The notes under the pieces: model-generated
What the model was told of the DNA's origin: nothing
Seen by the model: only the letters and a program-made list of their open reading frames with translations
Database searches by the model: none
Position numbers and translations under genes: made by a program
Source of the DNA: Lama guanicoe
Taxonomy: Eukaryota
Direction of reading: 5' to 3'
Assembly (NCBI GenBank): GCA_013239625.1
Contig: MU056216.1
Location: 1,962,025 to 2,026,024 of the forward strand
DNA length: 64,000 nt
Shown: positions 36,126-48,755 of the stretch, one piece after another
How positions within the stretch are numbered: the stretch's first letter is position 1
How the letters are laid out: each line of letters starts with the position of its first letter

Positions 36126-36722
36126 GTATTGGTTTTTTTTTTTTTTGAGAGGTGGGGGTGTAATTCTACACATTTTTGCCCTGAAGGGCTATTGGGATTC
36201 CCATAATCTTGGAGAGACACTAATGACCTAGTTTGATAAAAGTGCATTAGAGTCTGTAAACAATATTTACAAGTCCTTACTGATCTAACCAAGCCTTTGG
36301 CAGCCCCTCGGGGAATATACACTATGCTTTTGTCACAAGAGCAGATGTTCTGTGGTCCATATGGTTCCTGCAACCAGCTCTATCGGGAGGAGCAATTCAT
36401 CTTCATGTTATCCCCTCTCTTTCCTTTTTCTTCCTTTTTTAAAGGCAAAAGATCTCCCAAACAAACAAAGTCAGGGGAGGTAATTATCCAAGTAACCTCT
36501 ATTTTGATAAATGAGAAATTTAACCTGAACTGTAAGTACCTTAATAATAACTGCCAGCTCACTCAGAGTTCTTACTTTGTACCAGATTTTCTGCAAAGCT
36601 CTTTACATGTCCCATCTCACTGAGTCATCACAATAACTCTGTGAGTAGGTAATACTATTCTCTTCATTTTACAGAGGCAGAAACTAAGATATAGAAGGTT
36701 AACCCCGAAGTCACACAGCTCA

Positions 36723-37180
36723 TGTATTGATTTCCTTGGGCTTTCTTAACAAATNNNNNNNNNNNNNNNNNNNNNNNNNNNNNNNNNNNNNNNNNNNNNN
36801 NNNNNNNNNNNNNNNNNNNNNNNNNNNNNNNNNNNNNNNNNNNNNNNNNNNNNNNNNNNNNNNNNNNNNNNNNNNNNNNNNNNNNNGCTCTCCTAGCTTC
36901 CTGTGGCTCATAGCCCTTGATGTTCTTTGCCCTGGGGCTGCAGAAGCCACAGCCTCTGCCTCCAACCTCCTGTAGCTTTCTTATGTATCTCCGTGTCTTC
37001 TCCTTTTCTGTCTCTTCTGAGGACACTCAGTCATTAGATTTAGGGCCCACCCTTATCCTGGACAATCTTATCTTAAGAGCCTCACCTTAATTACATTTGC
37101 AAAGACTTATTCCAAGTAAGGTCACATTCTGAAGTTTCTGGCTGACCCATCTTTTGGGGGTCACGATTCAACCCATTACA
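36723..37180 (-). mobile_element. MaLR solo LTR, MLT1B/C-like (partly N gap)
   Basis: 'gaggacactcagtcattagatttagggcccaccc...ttaattacatttgcaaagac...aaggtcacattctgaag...ttcaacccattaca'. Confidence 0.85.
36755..36886. other. Assembly gap (N); further gaps at 41389-41516, 41527-41686 and 51301-51436
   Basis: Runs of n in the sequence. Confidence 1.
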
Positions 37181-39007
37181 GCTAGTTGGTAGTAGAGCCA
37201 GGGACTTACATACAGTTCTGTTTGACTTTAAGATCTCAATCTCTTATCCATTATTTTATACTTCTCTTTTTACCAAGTCTTACATATAGTAGATGCTCAA
37301 TAAAAGCTTCCTGGCTGAATAAGAACTAAAGAATAAAAAAGATACTTGGTCTTAGTTCATTGTACTGGAATTTATTCTGTAGTCATTTCTCAAAAGACTA
37401 CTTCTGAACAATCACACTGTGTATAGATAGCTACTATTTCTTCTACAAAGATGTCACTAACTTACCGCTTCTTCCTTGTCATTATCCAGTTTCTCTTTGA
37501 TCCTTCACAATCTGTTGTTTTAAAAACAGAAACCAAAGGCAAATTACAAATTCACTCAAGAAAGAATTAAAGAGAGAGGTGTGGTCAGAGAGCTCCACTA
37601 AGGAGGTAAAACGGTCAGTTCCAGGCTCTATTCCCGCTGATTAAAAGGCAAAACGAGCAGTCACAGGCTTCTCTCAGTGTCTCTGTTTTGACTCTCAAGT
37701 AAACCTTGGACTGTAACACTAATCCACTTCTCATGTTTTCCAAGAACTAAAGAGCAGAATTCCTAGAACAAAAAAGTAGCAAGGTCATGGGGTTTTCTTG
37801 GTCATTTACCATGATTTGAGCCCCAGGATGTTTCTGGAGTGGTTAATCTTTCAAGTCTATGCCCCAGAAGTATAAGGGCATGGAAAAAGAAGATAAAGGA
37901 AAAACAAGAATTCCATCTTAAGTATGTTTTTAATTGGAAAATGTAATCATATGAATGATGAATAAAATGTTCAAGGTGAGATTTCCAGTGAATGCTATTA
38001 GCTCTTTCTTTCTCAAATTATTTCTAAAATCTATGAAAAGAAAGATTTCTATTCAAGACCATTAATTATGTGAAATTACTTCAGTCTTTATACACTAAAG
38101 ATGAATGGTGTATTTCTGTGGTCAAAAAGTAAAAACATTTAAAAGTAAATTCAGTGGATATATGTTATTGTAATCTAATTATGATATGCCAAGTGCAATC
38201 ATGTTCTTAGATAATGACAACAGAAAAGGGTTTTTTAGATACATTGCATGGAATTAAATTCTTCTCAAATTGTCTGATTGCCCTCCTCACCCCCACAAAA
38301 GCAGGGCCAGGGAAGGAAATTAAGAGGCACAATTAGGGGTTGTTTGCTTGTTGGTTGGTTTTATCCATGATGTCAAGCTTTCCAGAAACTTTCTATTTCC
38401 AGTTTCCCCATCAGAAAGTGGACACAGAACTGAGATGTGATGTCTTACAGTAATAACTTATCAAGAAGCCAGCGTCTATATGTTTTTTCAGGACATGTAT
38501 CTACATTTTTAGGTTAAAAAGTAAAGCAATGTAGCTCACAATCCCACTGCTCTAAAACACCGATTTGCTATCCAGAACTGATATTTTGTGTATCCTGAGG
38601 AAGCCCTGGGTCTTAGATACCCTGAGAAGTTCACTTATTCCTCCTTCTACCCTTAATCTTCCCCGAGATTGGACTTCTGTCTACATTGCCCTACTTCTAG
38701 CTTTCTGTTTACCTTTGTTGCAAAGCACTGTGGTCTCAGGATGACTTATGCCCAAGCACATCCAGATTTCAGCACATCCTGCTTCGTCTCTCTGCAAGCA
38801 TTTACTAATGATGCCAGTACACTGTTTCTTGGACTTTGAGGAGACATCTATATCCTAATTTTCTCCCTGCCCCTCTGACTACTCTTCCTATTCTCCTTTT
38901 CTGCAGACAACTACTTTAACATTGATGTTCTTCTGGATTCTTCCCAGAGCCCCTGGTCTTTTCAGCCTACTATCATAGACTGTCTCCTCCAATGCTATCA
39001 TTTAAAT

Positions 39008-39211
39008 AAGGCATCAGCAAACTATGTCTCACAATCTAACCCGCTGCCTGTTTTTGTAAAGTATTATTGGAACTAGCCACATTCCGTTATTTATGTGTTG
39101 TCTGTGGCTGTTTTTGTGCTACAACAGCAGTTGAGTAGCGAGACCATATAGTCTGTAAAGACTCAACTCTTCACTATCTGGCCCCTTACAGAAAAAAATG
39201 GGTGACCCCTG
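39008..39211. mobile_element. MER58A-like hAT-Charlie MITE
   Basis: 'cagcaaacta...ctgcctgtttttgtaaa...ctatctggccccttacagaaaaa...tgacccctg'; 8-bp TSD atttaaat / gtttaaac. Confidence 0.85.
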
Positions 39212-40169
39212 GTTTAAACAATCCCTTCTACATTGATGATGGAGACTTGTGCCTCGCTCAGTGGGAGACTGGGGAGAAGCAAAAAGTAAAGCCTGCGGAT
39301 ATCCAGGATTAAAGTCAAAAATCCGTGAGCAGGCAGACGGTTCAGTCCATGACTGAAAAGGCAGGAGTGAGGCGAAACAACCAATGTCTATACCAGGATG
39401 TCACTCAGAGTCACTCAGAAGACTCTCAGCTTTCTTTTTGGCCCTGAGATTGATATTCCTTACTTGAGGAAGAGACTACAGGTGGAGGAATAATTTTAAC
39501 ATAAAAGTGGCAAGAGATTCTGTTTAACTTTGCGATCTACTCAGATGTACACCAGGGGGACAGCTAGTTTACGTGCAGAAAAGAGTCAGATATGCAAGGC
39601 TGAAACTCCAGAGAGAAGCGTGAGAGTACAGCTGTGGGAGTCATCACTGTTGACAGGAGAACTGAGTCCGGAACTAGGAATGAGATCAGCCAGCAGGCAT
39701 GCGGGAGGTGTATTTTAGCAGCTCCAGGTAAAGGAGGCCAAGGGAAATGAATATCTTCTTCGTCGTCGTAACCCTAACTCACTAATTTGGCAAATGCTGA
39801 TACTGCTTAAGAAAAGAGATAAGTTAATCCACAGAAGAAGACAACAGAACTCTGCCCTAAGTGCTCGGTGCCGGGGATCAAATGCTAAAAATCTTTGTTG
39901 CTGCAGTAGCTTGCTGCTGCTTTAGTCAGCCAACCTTGTAACTTTAGACAGTTTGATAGAAAGATAAACAATTCCCTGGTGAATTTAATCCAGGGAAACC
40001 ACCAGTTTAGATCAATCTCAACATTTAGTCTCAATAAGAAATTCTTTCATCTGAATTTCCTGGCTAACCATTCCTATACTCAATTTTTTTCATTAAACAA
40101 TTTTTACGTGTTTGGAGTGTATAGTTATATTTCAGTTAAAATGTATTACTTGTGTTTACACGTAGCAGC

Positions 40170-41215
40170 CTAATTTTTAAATAAACTTTTAAATTTTGGA
40201 ATGATTTCACACTTACAGCAAAGTTACAAAGATAGTACAGAGTTCCTGTATACCGCTCACTGTTTGCCCTGATGTTAACATGTGACCTTACAGCAGTACA
40301 TTTGCCAAAACTAAGAAACCAACATTGGTATGCTACTGTTTGGATGTCACCAGTTTCCCCACTAGTGTTCTTTTCCTGATGCAGAATCCCAGGCAGGATA
40401 CCACGTTGCATTCAGTCGTCCTGCTTCCTTAGTCTTTTCTGCGCTGGGATGGTTTCCCAGGTGTTCCTTATCTTTTGTAACCTTGATGGTTTTGTGGAGT
40501 ACTGATCAGGCATTTTGCAGAATGTGCCTCCATTTGCATTCATGATATTTTCTCATGATTAAATTAGGGTTATGGAACTTGGGGAAGAATACCTCATAGG
40601 TGAAGTCATATCACATCATGGGACACATAATCTCAACGTGACATTGCTGGTGAGATTAACCTGGATCACTTGGTTAAGCTACCATTGCCAGACTTCTCTA
40701 GAAAGTTACTATTTTTCTCCTTTCCATACTTTATTCTTTGGCAGCGAGCCACTAAGTCCAGCCCACACTCAAGCTTCACCTCCTAGACGGAGGACTATCC
40801 TATGTTATTTGGAATTCTTCATTAGAGAAGATTTGTCTCCTCTCTCCCATTTATTTGTTTATTTAATCATTCGTTCATATCAGTGCAGACTAATGCGTAT
40901 TTATTTTATAACTGGATTGTGATCCAATACCATGCTATTTCCTTTGCTGTTCAAATTGTTCCAGGTTTGGTCCTTGGTGGCTTTTCCAGGTTGGCTCCTG
41001 TGTCCCTTTGATATGCCCCCATCTTTCCCCTCCTCCCCTTTTTTTTATTGAAGTATAGTCATTTTATAAGGTTGTGTCAATTTCTGGTGTCCAGCATAAT
41101 GTCTCAGTCCCTAACCCCCATCTTTTATATTTTTAACCCTTCTTTGCTTTCTTGCAAACAGATGTCCCAAGCTCATCTTGTATTTTCTCTGCTAGAATCA
41201 CTCAATTTTTAGCTA
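40170..41215 (-). mobile_element. L1MC-type 3' end
   Basis: 'ttttggaatgatttcacacttacagcaaagttacaaagatagtacagagttcc...cccaagctcatcttgtatttt'. Confidence 0.9.
41027..41114 (-). mobile_element. Extremely 5'-truncated young L1 (~70 bp of 3' end) inside the L1MC
   Basis: 'ttttttattgaagtatagtcattttataaggttgtgtcaatttctggtgtccagcataatgtctcagtc'; 11-bp TSD cccccatcttt at 41016-41026 and 41115-41125. Confidence 0.85.
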
Positions 41216-41329
41216 TTTAGAATGAAGAATATTCTATATGTTCCCCTTCATATTATTTTCATTATAAGTTATTACAAGATATTGAATATAATTCCCTGTG
41301 CTATACAGTAGGACCTTGTTGTTTAAAGT

Positions 41330-41928
41330 CCTTAAAGTGTGACACATATAGTTACCATATGATCCAGCAATTCCCTTCCTAAGAGAATNNNNNNNNNNNN
41401 NNNNNNNNNNNNNNNNNNNNNNNNNNNNNNNNNNNNNNNNNNNNNNNNNNNNNNNNNNNNNNNNNNNNNNNNNNNNNNNNNNNNNNNNNNNNNNNNNNNN
41501 NNNNNNNNNNNNNNNNCTGTACAATGNNNNNNNNNNNNNNNNNNNNNNNNNNNNNNNNNNNNNNNNNNNNNNNNNNNNNNNNNNNNNNNNNNNNNNNNNN
41601 NNNNNNNNNNNNNNNNNNNNNNNNNNNNNNNNNNNNNNNNNNNNNNNNNNNNNNNNNNNNNNNNNNNNNNNNNNNNNNNNNNNNNNCAGAAGGTAGATAA
41701 GTAGTTGCCAGAGGCTCGGGGGAGTGGGGAACAGGGAGTAACTATTAGTAGTTACGGGGTTTCTTTGGTGGGGCAGTGATGAAAATTTCCAAAATTAGAC
41801 GGTGATGAGAGTGGCATTCTTCTGTGAACATGCTAGGAGCTACTGAATCGTACAGTTTGAAAGGATCCATTTTATGAAATGTGGGTTACATCTCAGTGAA
41901 GCTGTTATTTAAAAAAGAAAAGAATAAA
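41330..41928 (+). mobile_element. L1MB-type 3' end (mostly N gaps), preceded by a short antisense L1 3'UTR piece at ~41235-41325
   Basis: 'gttaccatatgatccagcaattcc' ... 'gttgccagaggctcggggg...catctcagtgaagctgttatttaaaaaag'. Confidence 0.8.
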
Positions 41929-42034
41929 GTACTATGTATGATTATCTTTTGGACACCTGAAGGCCTTCATCAATATATAAATGTTCTAATGTTTTCAAGT
42001 AAATAAATCTTTAAAATACTGAATGAACATGGCA

Positions 42035-42305
42035 GTAATAAAGGCTACTCCGAATTGAGTGTCCACTATATGCCAAGCTGTATATACCGCATGAAACTGC
42101 TGCATCTGACAGCCTGTGAGGTGCAAAATGGCAACGTCGTATGGTTCAATCTAAGTCAAGACTAGGCCCTTGAATACAAGTCACCTTCATCACCAGGAAG
42201 GTCCCCCCACCAGCTAGAAAACTGGCCCAGCAAGATTAACTGAGTTGCCTAAGGTCGGTGAGTACCTAGTAAAGCCAGAATTCAAATCTAAATCTGCCTA
42301 TTGCA
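42035..42305 (-). mobile_element. MIR SINE (degenerate)
   Basis: 'attaactgagttgcctaaggtc...ctagtaaagccagaattcaaatctaaatctg'. Confidence 0.55.
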
Positions 42306-43149
42306 AATGCTGGGCTGATTCTGCTGGGGCACATGGGCTCCCAGACTAAATGGGGCTCCTGAGTTTTACACGTAATGATTCTAATCATTATTTTTATGAC
42401 AATTAGTCATGTAAAATTATGCTTGTTTTTAAAGGGGGCAGGGAGAATTGGATCACTCATTTTCAACTTGGAGTAGACTCTTGAAAGGGCTCAAATCAGA
42501 GCTTAGTATCTTCTGGTTTAGACTGTTCAGTTAAGGTGTTTCTGTATCTCTCACACTGTTACTAGTCTTGACATCTCTAGGTAGGGAGGACTTCCTATTT
42601 TTAATCTTTTGACTGTTTTGTAGGACAAGAGAGTGAAAGAGGGAACCCAGGAACTTTATACAAAATAGGAACAATCAATGGTACACAGGTTGGCTAAGAC
42701 TATTAACACTGACATAAACTGCTTTTAATCTTACTTGATTTGTTTCTAACTTTATCTCAGGATTCCTCTACCCTACAATCTGATCTTGCCCCAAATCCTC
42801 AGAGGTTAATATATGAGTGCAAACTTTTAATGACTAGAACTTTTCCTCCTTTGTCTTTTGCCAGTTTCCTCTCTTATTTGATGCCTTCTCTTTCTATGTC
42901 TATGTCCTCCAATTTTCTCCATTTTAGAGTTAGCATCAAGCCTCTTGTTAGTGTTAGTTGCATTAAATGCCCTATGAATACTATGAAACGATAAAGTTCC
43001 ATATCACTAAATGTATATTTATGGGTTGGGTTTTGTGGGGGGCAGAGGGGACTGGAGGGAGTTGGCATTTTTCAGGGGGAAGAATACATGGTCTTACAGA
43101 GTAGAGAGTCAGGGGATGTGTGTGGTTGGAAGAAGACAGAAAGGAAATC

Positions 43150-43385
43150 AGAGCCTCTCCACTCAACTCCACATTCCCATCCCTCACCCTGTTTTATTTG
43201 TCTCCTTAGACCTCAACACCATCTGACATAACATTTGTTTGTTTATTTGCTCTCTCCCCACATTCAGATGAAAACCTCAGGAAGGCAGGGTGGCTTATTC
43301 CCTGCTATATCCCCAGCGTCTAGAACAGAGCTTGGGCTCTTGAAGCCTCTCAATCATTATTTGTCACATAAACAAGTGAATTAAC
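43150..43385 (+). mobile_element. L2 3' end
   Basis: 'ttattccctgctatatccccagcgtctagaacagagcttggg...ctcaatcattatttg'. Confidence 0.75.
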
Positions 43386-44699
43386 AGCATGAAGTAAACA
43401 AAAAAGAAAACTATGTTGAGGAGAATTACAGGCTTTTTTTTTTCCTCTAAAATGTTCTTGAAGGTTACGATATTGTATTTAACAGCAAATCAAAAAAAAA
43501 AAAAACCAAAAAGCAAGAAAAGAATACTTATTTAACCTGAAAATGCGAAGTTCAAATGCTGCCAGCCTTTGTGAGACTAGCTGACTGGTCTGAAACATGA
43601 GAGGAGGGCAGAGATTAAATGATTTATCTCAGGGAGAGGAGCAAGTGTGGGGGCCCCTGAGCAGGACGCCTGGTAAAGGAGAGGGAAGAAAAGAGAAGCA
43701 GCTCTTCTGACAGGAGCATGGAATACATTTGTCCTTCTTTTTTTCTTCCTCCTTCTCTTCCTTTGATGCATAGCTGATTTCTTTGTCTTGAAATTAATTG
43801 CAATAGTTAGAAAAGACACTAATTAAGAGCAAAGTCTGTTTAAGCAGTGCGGGTAGATTACAACCCTGTTTGAAGGAACATGGGGCCTTTGGCTGGGGGA
43901 AGAAGTGATTCTGAATGGCTGAGGAAGTCAGGCCACATGCTCAGAGCCAATTAGATTTGCCGAATGTCCAAAATGTAGCAACCTCTAGTTAAATAATGAG
44001 CTTTTTTAAACTCAACAGCCTTACTGCCATTTAAATGCAAACTCCTTATTATTATGAGGGGTTTTTTTTTAGTAACTATAACCTGTCATTCACCAAAATG
44101 ACACCTTAAAAAGTCAATTTCAAGAATCACCTTGGCTGTCACTCAGTCTCATAAATCTTTCCAAATCCCTTTAGAGCCAGCCTGACAGCACAGCCTCACA
44201 CAATTTAGGCTGTAAGTCAGCTACACCTGTTGCCTATAAAATGTGGTTTATTACCACAAATACAATTGTAAACCTATATGCCCCAATGCTGCTTTTACGG
44301 CAAAAAGCAAGCACTCTTGACTCTTGTATTTGATCCTTAACGGTTGTCTTGAACATCACACAATATTTAATAACTCTCAACATGCCGTTCTTCATTCTCA
44401 TGGACCATAAACTGTACTTTTATGAATCATGGCTTCCCTAAGATAAAACATATTGCCTATGAAATGATTAAAAAGCAAACAAAACCGTCACATGCTCTCT
44501 TTGAAAGCCTTCCATCTTCTCAAATAAGAATACAGTATCTCTCTGACAAAATTTCCTGACCAGCTTACAAATCTAGTAATTATATCCTGACTCTATAAAT
44601 CTACCTTCTTTCATTGCAAATGAAATTAATACTCATCTCACCTTAAATGCTATGGAGATTTGCGCTGCACAGTTAAATTGCTGCTATCCTTCTCCCCAG

Positions 44700-44878
44700 A
44701 TAGTAATAATAATTTACATTTGTATAACTCATCACAATTTGCAAATTCCTTGCACATAATTTTTTTTTAATCCATGATGGAATACCTACCTCTGAGCCAG
44801 CTATTATTAATCCCAATTTTACCGAAGAGGGAATTGAGGCTAGGAAGAGTTAAGTAACTTGCAAAAAGTCAGACAACG
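44700..44878 (-). mobile_element. MIR SINE
   Basis: 'tattattaatcccaattttaccgaagagggaattgaggctaggaagagttaagtaacttgc'. Confidence 0.75.
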
Positions 44879-45594
44879 ATCATTCTCTTACCCATTTCAG
44901 CCTCAGGCAGTACTACCTTCTACTAGTAACCTCAGCCCTGTTTGATATCCAACCAAGGTAGAGAACATATGCGCGCTAGGAACCTGAGGCACTAGCTAGT
45001 AGGGCCTCCAAGTTGGTTCTTTTATAGGCTGGAGTCAGTTCTGATACCCAGGGACCTGCTGCTCTTCCCTATCTCTGCCCCAGCTCCATCCCAATAATCA
45101 GTTCACGTCTCAGGCCTCCCAATGGCACTGGAGCTGCAATGAGACCCCACTCCTGCTTATCTTGGCTTAAGATCTGACAACATACCAAACCTGTGCCAGC
45201 TTCATCTCTTTAGGAATTGGACCTAGTACCCTTAGCTGCTGCTAGAAACTTGCCGTAACTCAGAGAAATTCCCCTAAAAGTATGATACAATAAGGCTGAT
45301 ACTCACCTGCAAAGACAAGCCACTCTCTGGAGAATCCCATCAAAGATCTCCAGATGCCGGATAGGACCTGGTCTACGTGAAGCCAATGAAAGGGATAATC
45401 ACATAAATAGCTCTTATAAAGAAAGCTCCTACTATACAAAATTGAACACATTTATCTTATTTAAGAATTGATTATCAGAACCCAAACTTGCTCTCAGTTG
45501 TTTCTTGACAAATAATAGAACACCATGTTCTTGAGCAATCACCACCTCTTCTTGGGTTCCTTCAGAAATACATACATAGAACAGGAAAATCCTC

Positions 45595-46093
45595 TGTATG
45601 CTAGGGTTAGGTTCTGCTGTAGTATTAGAAAACTCAAATTAATAGTAGCCAAAATATAAAATATTTTATTCTATTAAAAGTTCTGAATTGGTACTATAGA
45701 GTTGCTATGAAATCCATACAATTGTAAGGAATCTAAGCTCCTTGCAGCTTTCTGTTCTATCATCCATAACATGTGGCCTTTATCCACCTGGATCAAAAGG
45801 GCTGTTAGAGCCCCAGTCAATACTTCCATATTCCAGCCACTAGCTAGAGTGAAAGGGTCAAGAAGAGGACCCCTCAACTTCAACCTATATGACACTTTCA
45901 CTTTTATCCCATTGGCTAAATTTTAGTTACATAACCATATCTAGCTGCAAGAGAGGCCAAGATTTAGTCTTTATTCCAGGTAACCTGTATGTCTCTTTTG
46001 AAAATTAGGGTTTTCTAATTTTCTAATTAGGGTTGTCACTAAATAATAAAGGGTAAATGAATACTGAGAATTAAGAGGAAGTTTTTTGCCATA
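45595..46093 (-). mobile_element. MaLR LTR, MLT1J/K-like
   Basis: 'ttttatcccattggctaaattttagttacataaccatatctagctgcaagagaggc'. Confidence 0.7.
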
Positions 46094-46219
46094 GTTTCTT
46101 CTTCAAACAACTGTTAGAACTCTTCCCAAAGCAAGGGATTCCCTATTTTTCCCTCTCCAGGACTCCATGACTTACCCCAATATCTCTCTCCCTGCCCAAT
46201 TCATGTGCCTAGAGATCCA

Positions 46220-46550
46220 GACAGTGGTTCTCACATATGACCCAGTGCCCAGCTGGATTCAAAAGAGTCTCCTGAGGAATTTACTTAAAAAACAGATTCT
46301 TGGGCCTCAAATTTGAGATTCTGATTCAGTGGGTCTCGAAGAAAGTCCTGAAAGCTACATCTTAAAAACAAAACCAAAAACTCTCTAAACTATGCTGGGT
46401 AATGAGTTCAGTAATTTGAAAATTCATCAAGTTTATATTTACAATATATGTATTTTTAATGTATATTATGCTTCAATGAAAAGGGTTTCTCTTAATGTTT
46501 AGAGATATTTCCAGATGATTCTGTTGCATGGCAAGTTACAGAAGCACAGA
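46220..46550. mobile_element. MER5-like hAT MITE with an L1 3'-end fragment inside (~46390-46485)
   Basis: 'cagtggttctca...cagattcttgggcctc...gagattctgattcagtgggtct' ... 'ccagatgattctg'. Confidence 0.65.
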
Positions 46551-47999
46551 AAAGAGGCTTGGTCAGAGCTTGACAATAACCAGTTCCTGGAGTCAGAACC
46601 CTTCTCTCTGCTACTTCTGCTGACTAGATTTCCATTGTTTTTCACATCGACTTTACTGAAGCAAGTATCCATTTATTCACCTGTTGACAATTGACTCTAG
46701 GTTTGAGACAGATGATAAGAAAGTGTGAGTTGGAATATTACCCTCTAATTTGGGGGGGTGTCTAAATTCATGCTATCACTTTTTAGCCTCTCAGAAGCAT
46801 TTTAGGATATGTTTTGTTTATATTTTTTTCTTGGTTTCCATTCATTTTCTCCTTTTCTATAGGGTTCTCCTCTCTGTCTGTCTGGTCTATCTCTTGCTAG
46901 GAGAAAAACTGGCAATTGTCACCAAAAAAGTAGTAGAGGCAGAAGAGAGGTCAGATGGACAGAATAACCAATTATAGAAAAAGAGACCCCATCTACTGAA
47001 GTCAGTCTAGCTCTGCATGTGTGGGAGATCAACCCAGGCCTTCTTGCCACATGAATGACAGGAAAATTGTCAGAGCAGGGCATGCCATCAGGAATTCTGG
47101 GCTCTGTTCCCACTGGAATTGTCAAGGCCCTGTGTGAAGACACAACCCAACAGAAGCCTGTCTTGGAGTAAAAAATATTAGAAAATCCCCTATAACAGCC
47201 AGTATACTGAGCAAAGATAGAATTATCTCACATTCCCCCAAGCCTTGCTTTTCCCATTAAAAATTATGGGTGGAGATGTTTTGAAATACTTGCCTATCTT
47301 ATCAACCCCAAATAAAATTTTCACTGCAGTCATAACAATTTTTACCTTAGATCCATTTAGAAATGTTTGCTGATGGTGCAAACATTCCTCTTGGAAATGT
47401 GCTTGCTTTTAAGACAATGCCAAACGAAACAATTTTCTGTGCATATAGAACATTTTATTTTGAAAATCTCTGCTGATATGTGCAAGGTCTGTGCAATGTC
47501 AAAAAACATATTTAATCAAACATCCCTGGGAGAACAGCTTAGTACCATTAGCCTCATTATACAGATAAGAACACTGAGATCTAAATAGGTTAACTAGGGG
47601 TTGTGGAATGCTTCGTAACAGCAGAGTGCTCTAAAAATACTGTGTGTACAAAAAGAAAAATGTGATCTCTTGTAGGCAAGGGACAGAGGAAAAAAGCTCA
47701 GCGGCAAGGAGAATTTACATTTTTGTTCTGAGAAAGCTTTCGTAGCTAATGTCAAAGAATACATTGTTCTCCTGAGCCATGTACAATTTTCTCATCCAGT
47801 ATTTTGGGGAATTATGCGACTTCATCTCCAGAATTCAGGCAAATTAGATGCATATCCGCGGCTTTCCTCTGTGGACTACAAAGTAGTAAGAAAATTCTGG
47901 TTATGTTATTGTTATCACTATTGTGCATAACAGCACATTGCTGCTGATGCCATAGCCTATACAAACCTAATAAATAAATTGCAGGAATGTATCAACTCT

Positions 48000-48755
48000 T
48001 ATTTCTTCATTCATCAAACATTTATGGAGTGGCAGCTCTGGATCAGTCAATATGCTACGCCTGGAGATACAATAATAAATAAGATAGCCCCTTCTCTCCA
48101 GTAGTTTAGTACATAGAAGAGAAAAACAAAACATAATCAAATAATTGGAAGATAAAATGATTAGTAAAATTGGAAAGACATACGAACTACACTGGAAGAA
48201 CCGAGAAAAGCACAACCTGCTCTGCTTAGAGAAAACAGCAGAAGAATTAGAGGATGTGATACTGGAACAGCATCTTAAAACAAAACAAGACAAACAGGGT
48301 GAAAGGCATTCCACACAGATAGATGCATACGCAAGAGGGGAGAGAAGTACAAAGAGCATACTATGTGACCTAGGTGTGTGGAAAAGGGGTGGGAAATGAA
48401 TATGAAAGATGGAACGAAAGGCTACGTCATCAATGAGGAAGGTTCTAAAAAAGAGAAGGGACACCATCAATCTTTTGTCCTGAAAAGACAAATCTGAGTA
48501 GAGAACAGACTGAAGAGGGGTGCATTGGAGGTAAATGGGGCCAATCGAGACAACCCCAGTCTATGCAGTAGTCCAGGACAGAGATGATGAGGACCTGAAT
48601 CTTCTCTATGGCAGTTAGGGTAGAAAACAGCAAACAGACTCAAAAGATGATTGGGTGGTAGAATTGCCATGATTCAGGGACCAACACTGGAGGCGATGAC
48701 CTGGGGACTATGTGATGCTGATGTCATCATCTGAGTTAGGATTCTGGAGAAAAGA
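48000..48755 (-). mobile_element. L2 LINE fragment
   Basis: Begins 'ttcattcatcaaacatttatggag'; 'gcagtagtccaggacagagatgatgaggacctgaa'. Confidence 0.75.

Larger units (their letters stand above)
36540..37255 (-). mobile_element. MIR split by an MLT1 LTR
   Basis: 'cattttacagaggcagaaactaag...gaagtcacacagct' resumes as 'gctagttggtagtagagccagggactt'. Confidence 0.75.

Noticed and set aside
43537-43671. Minus-strand acceptor 'tcttttcttccctctcctttaccag|g' with possible donor cag|gttaaa
   Set aside because: Weak donor, no recognisable peptide and no supporting neighbouring exons.
47967-48491. 174-aa minus-strand ORF
   Set aside because: Within an L2 3' region; composition typical of translated repeat.
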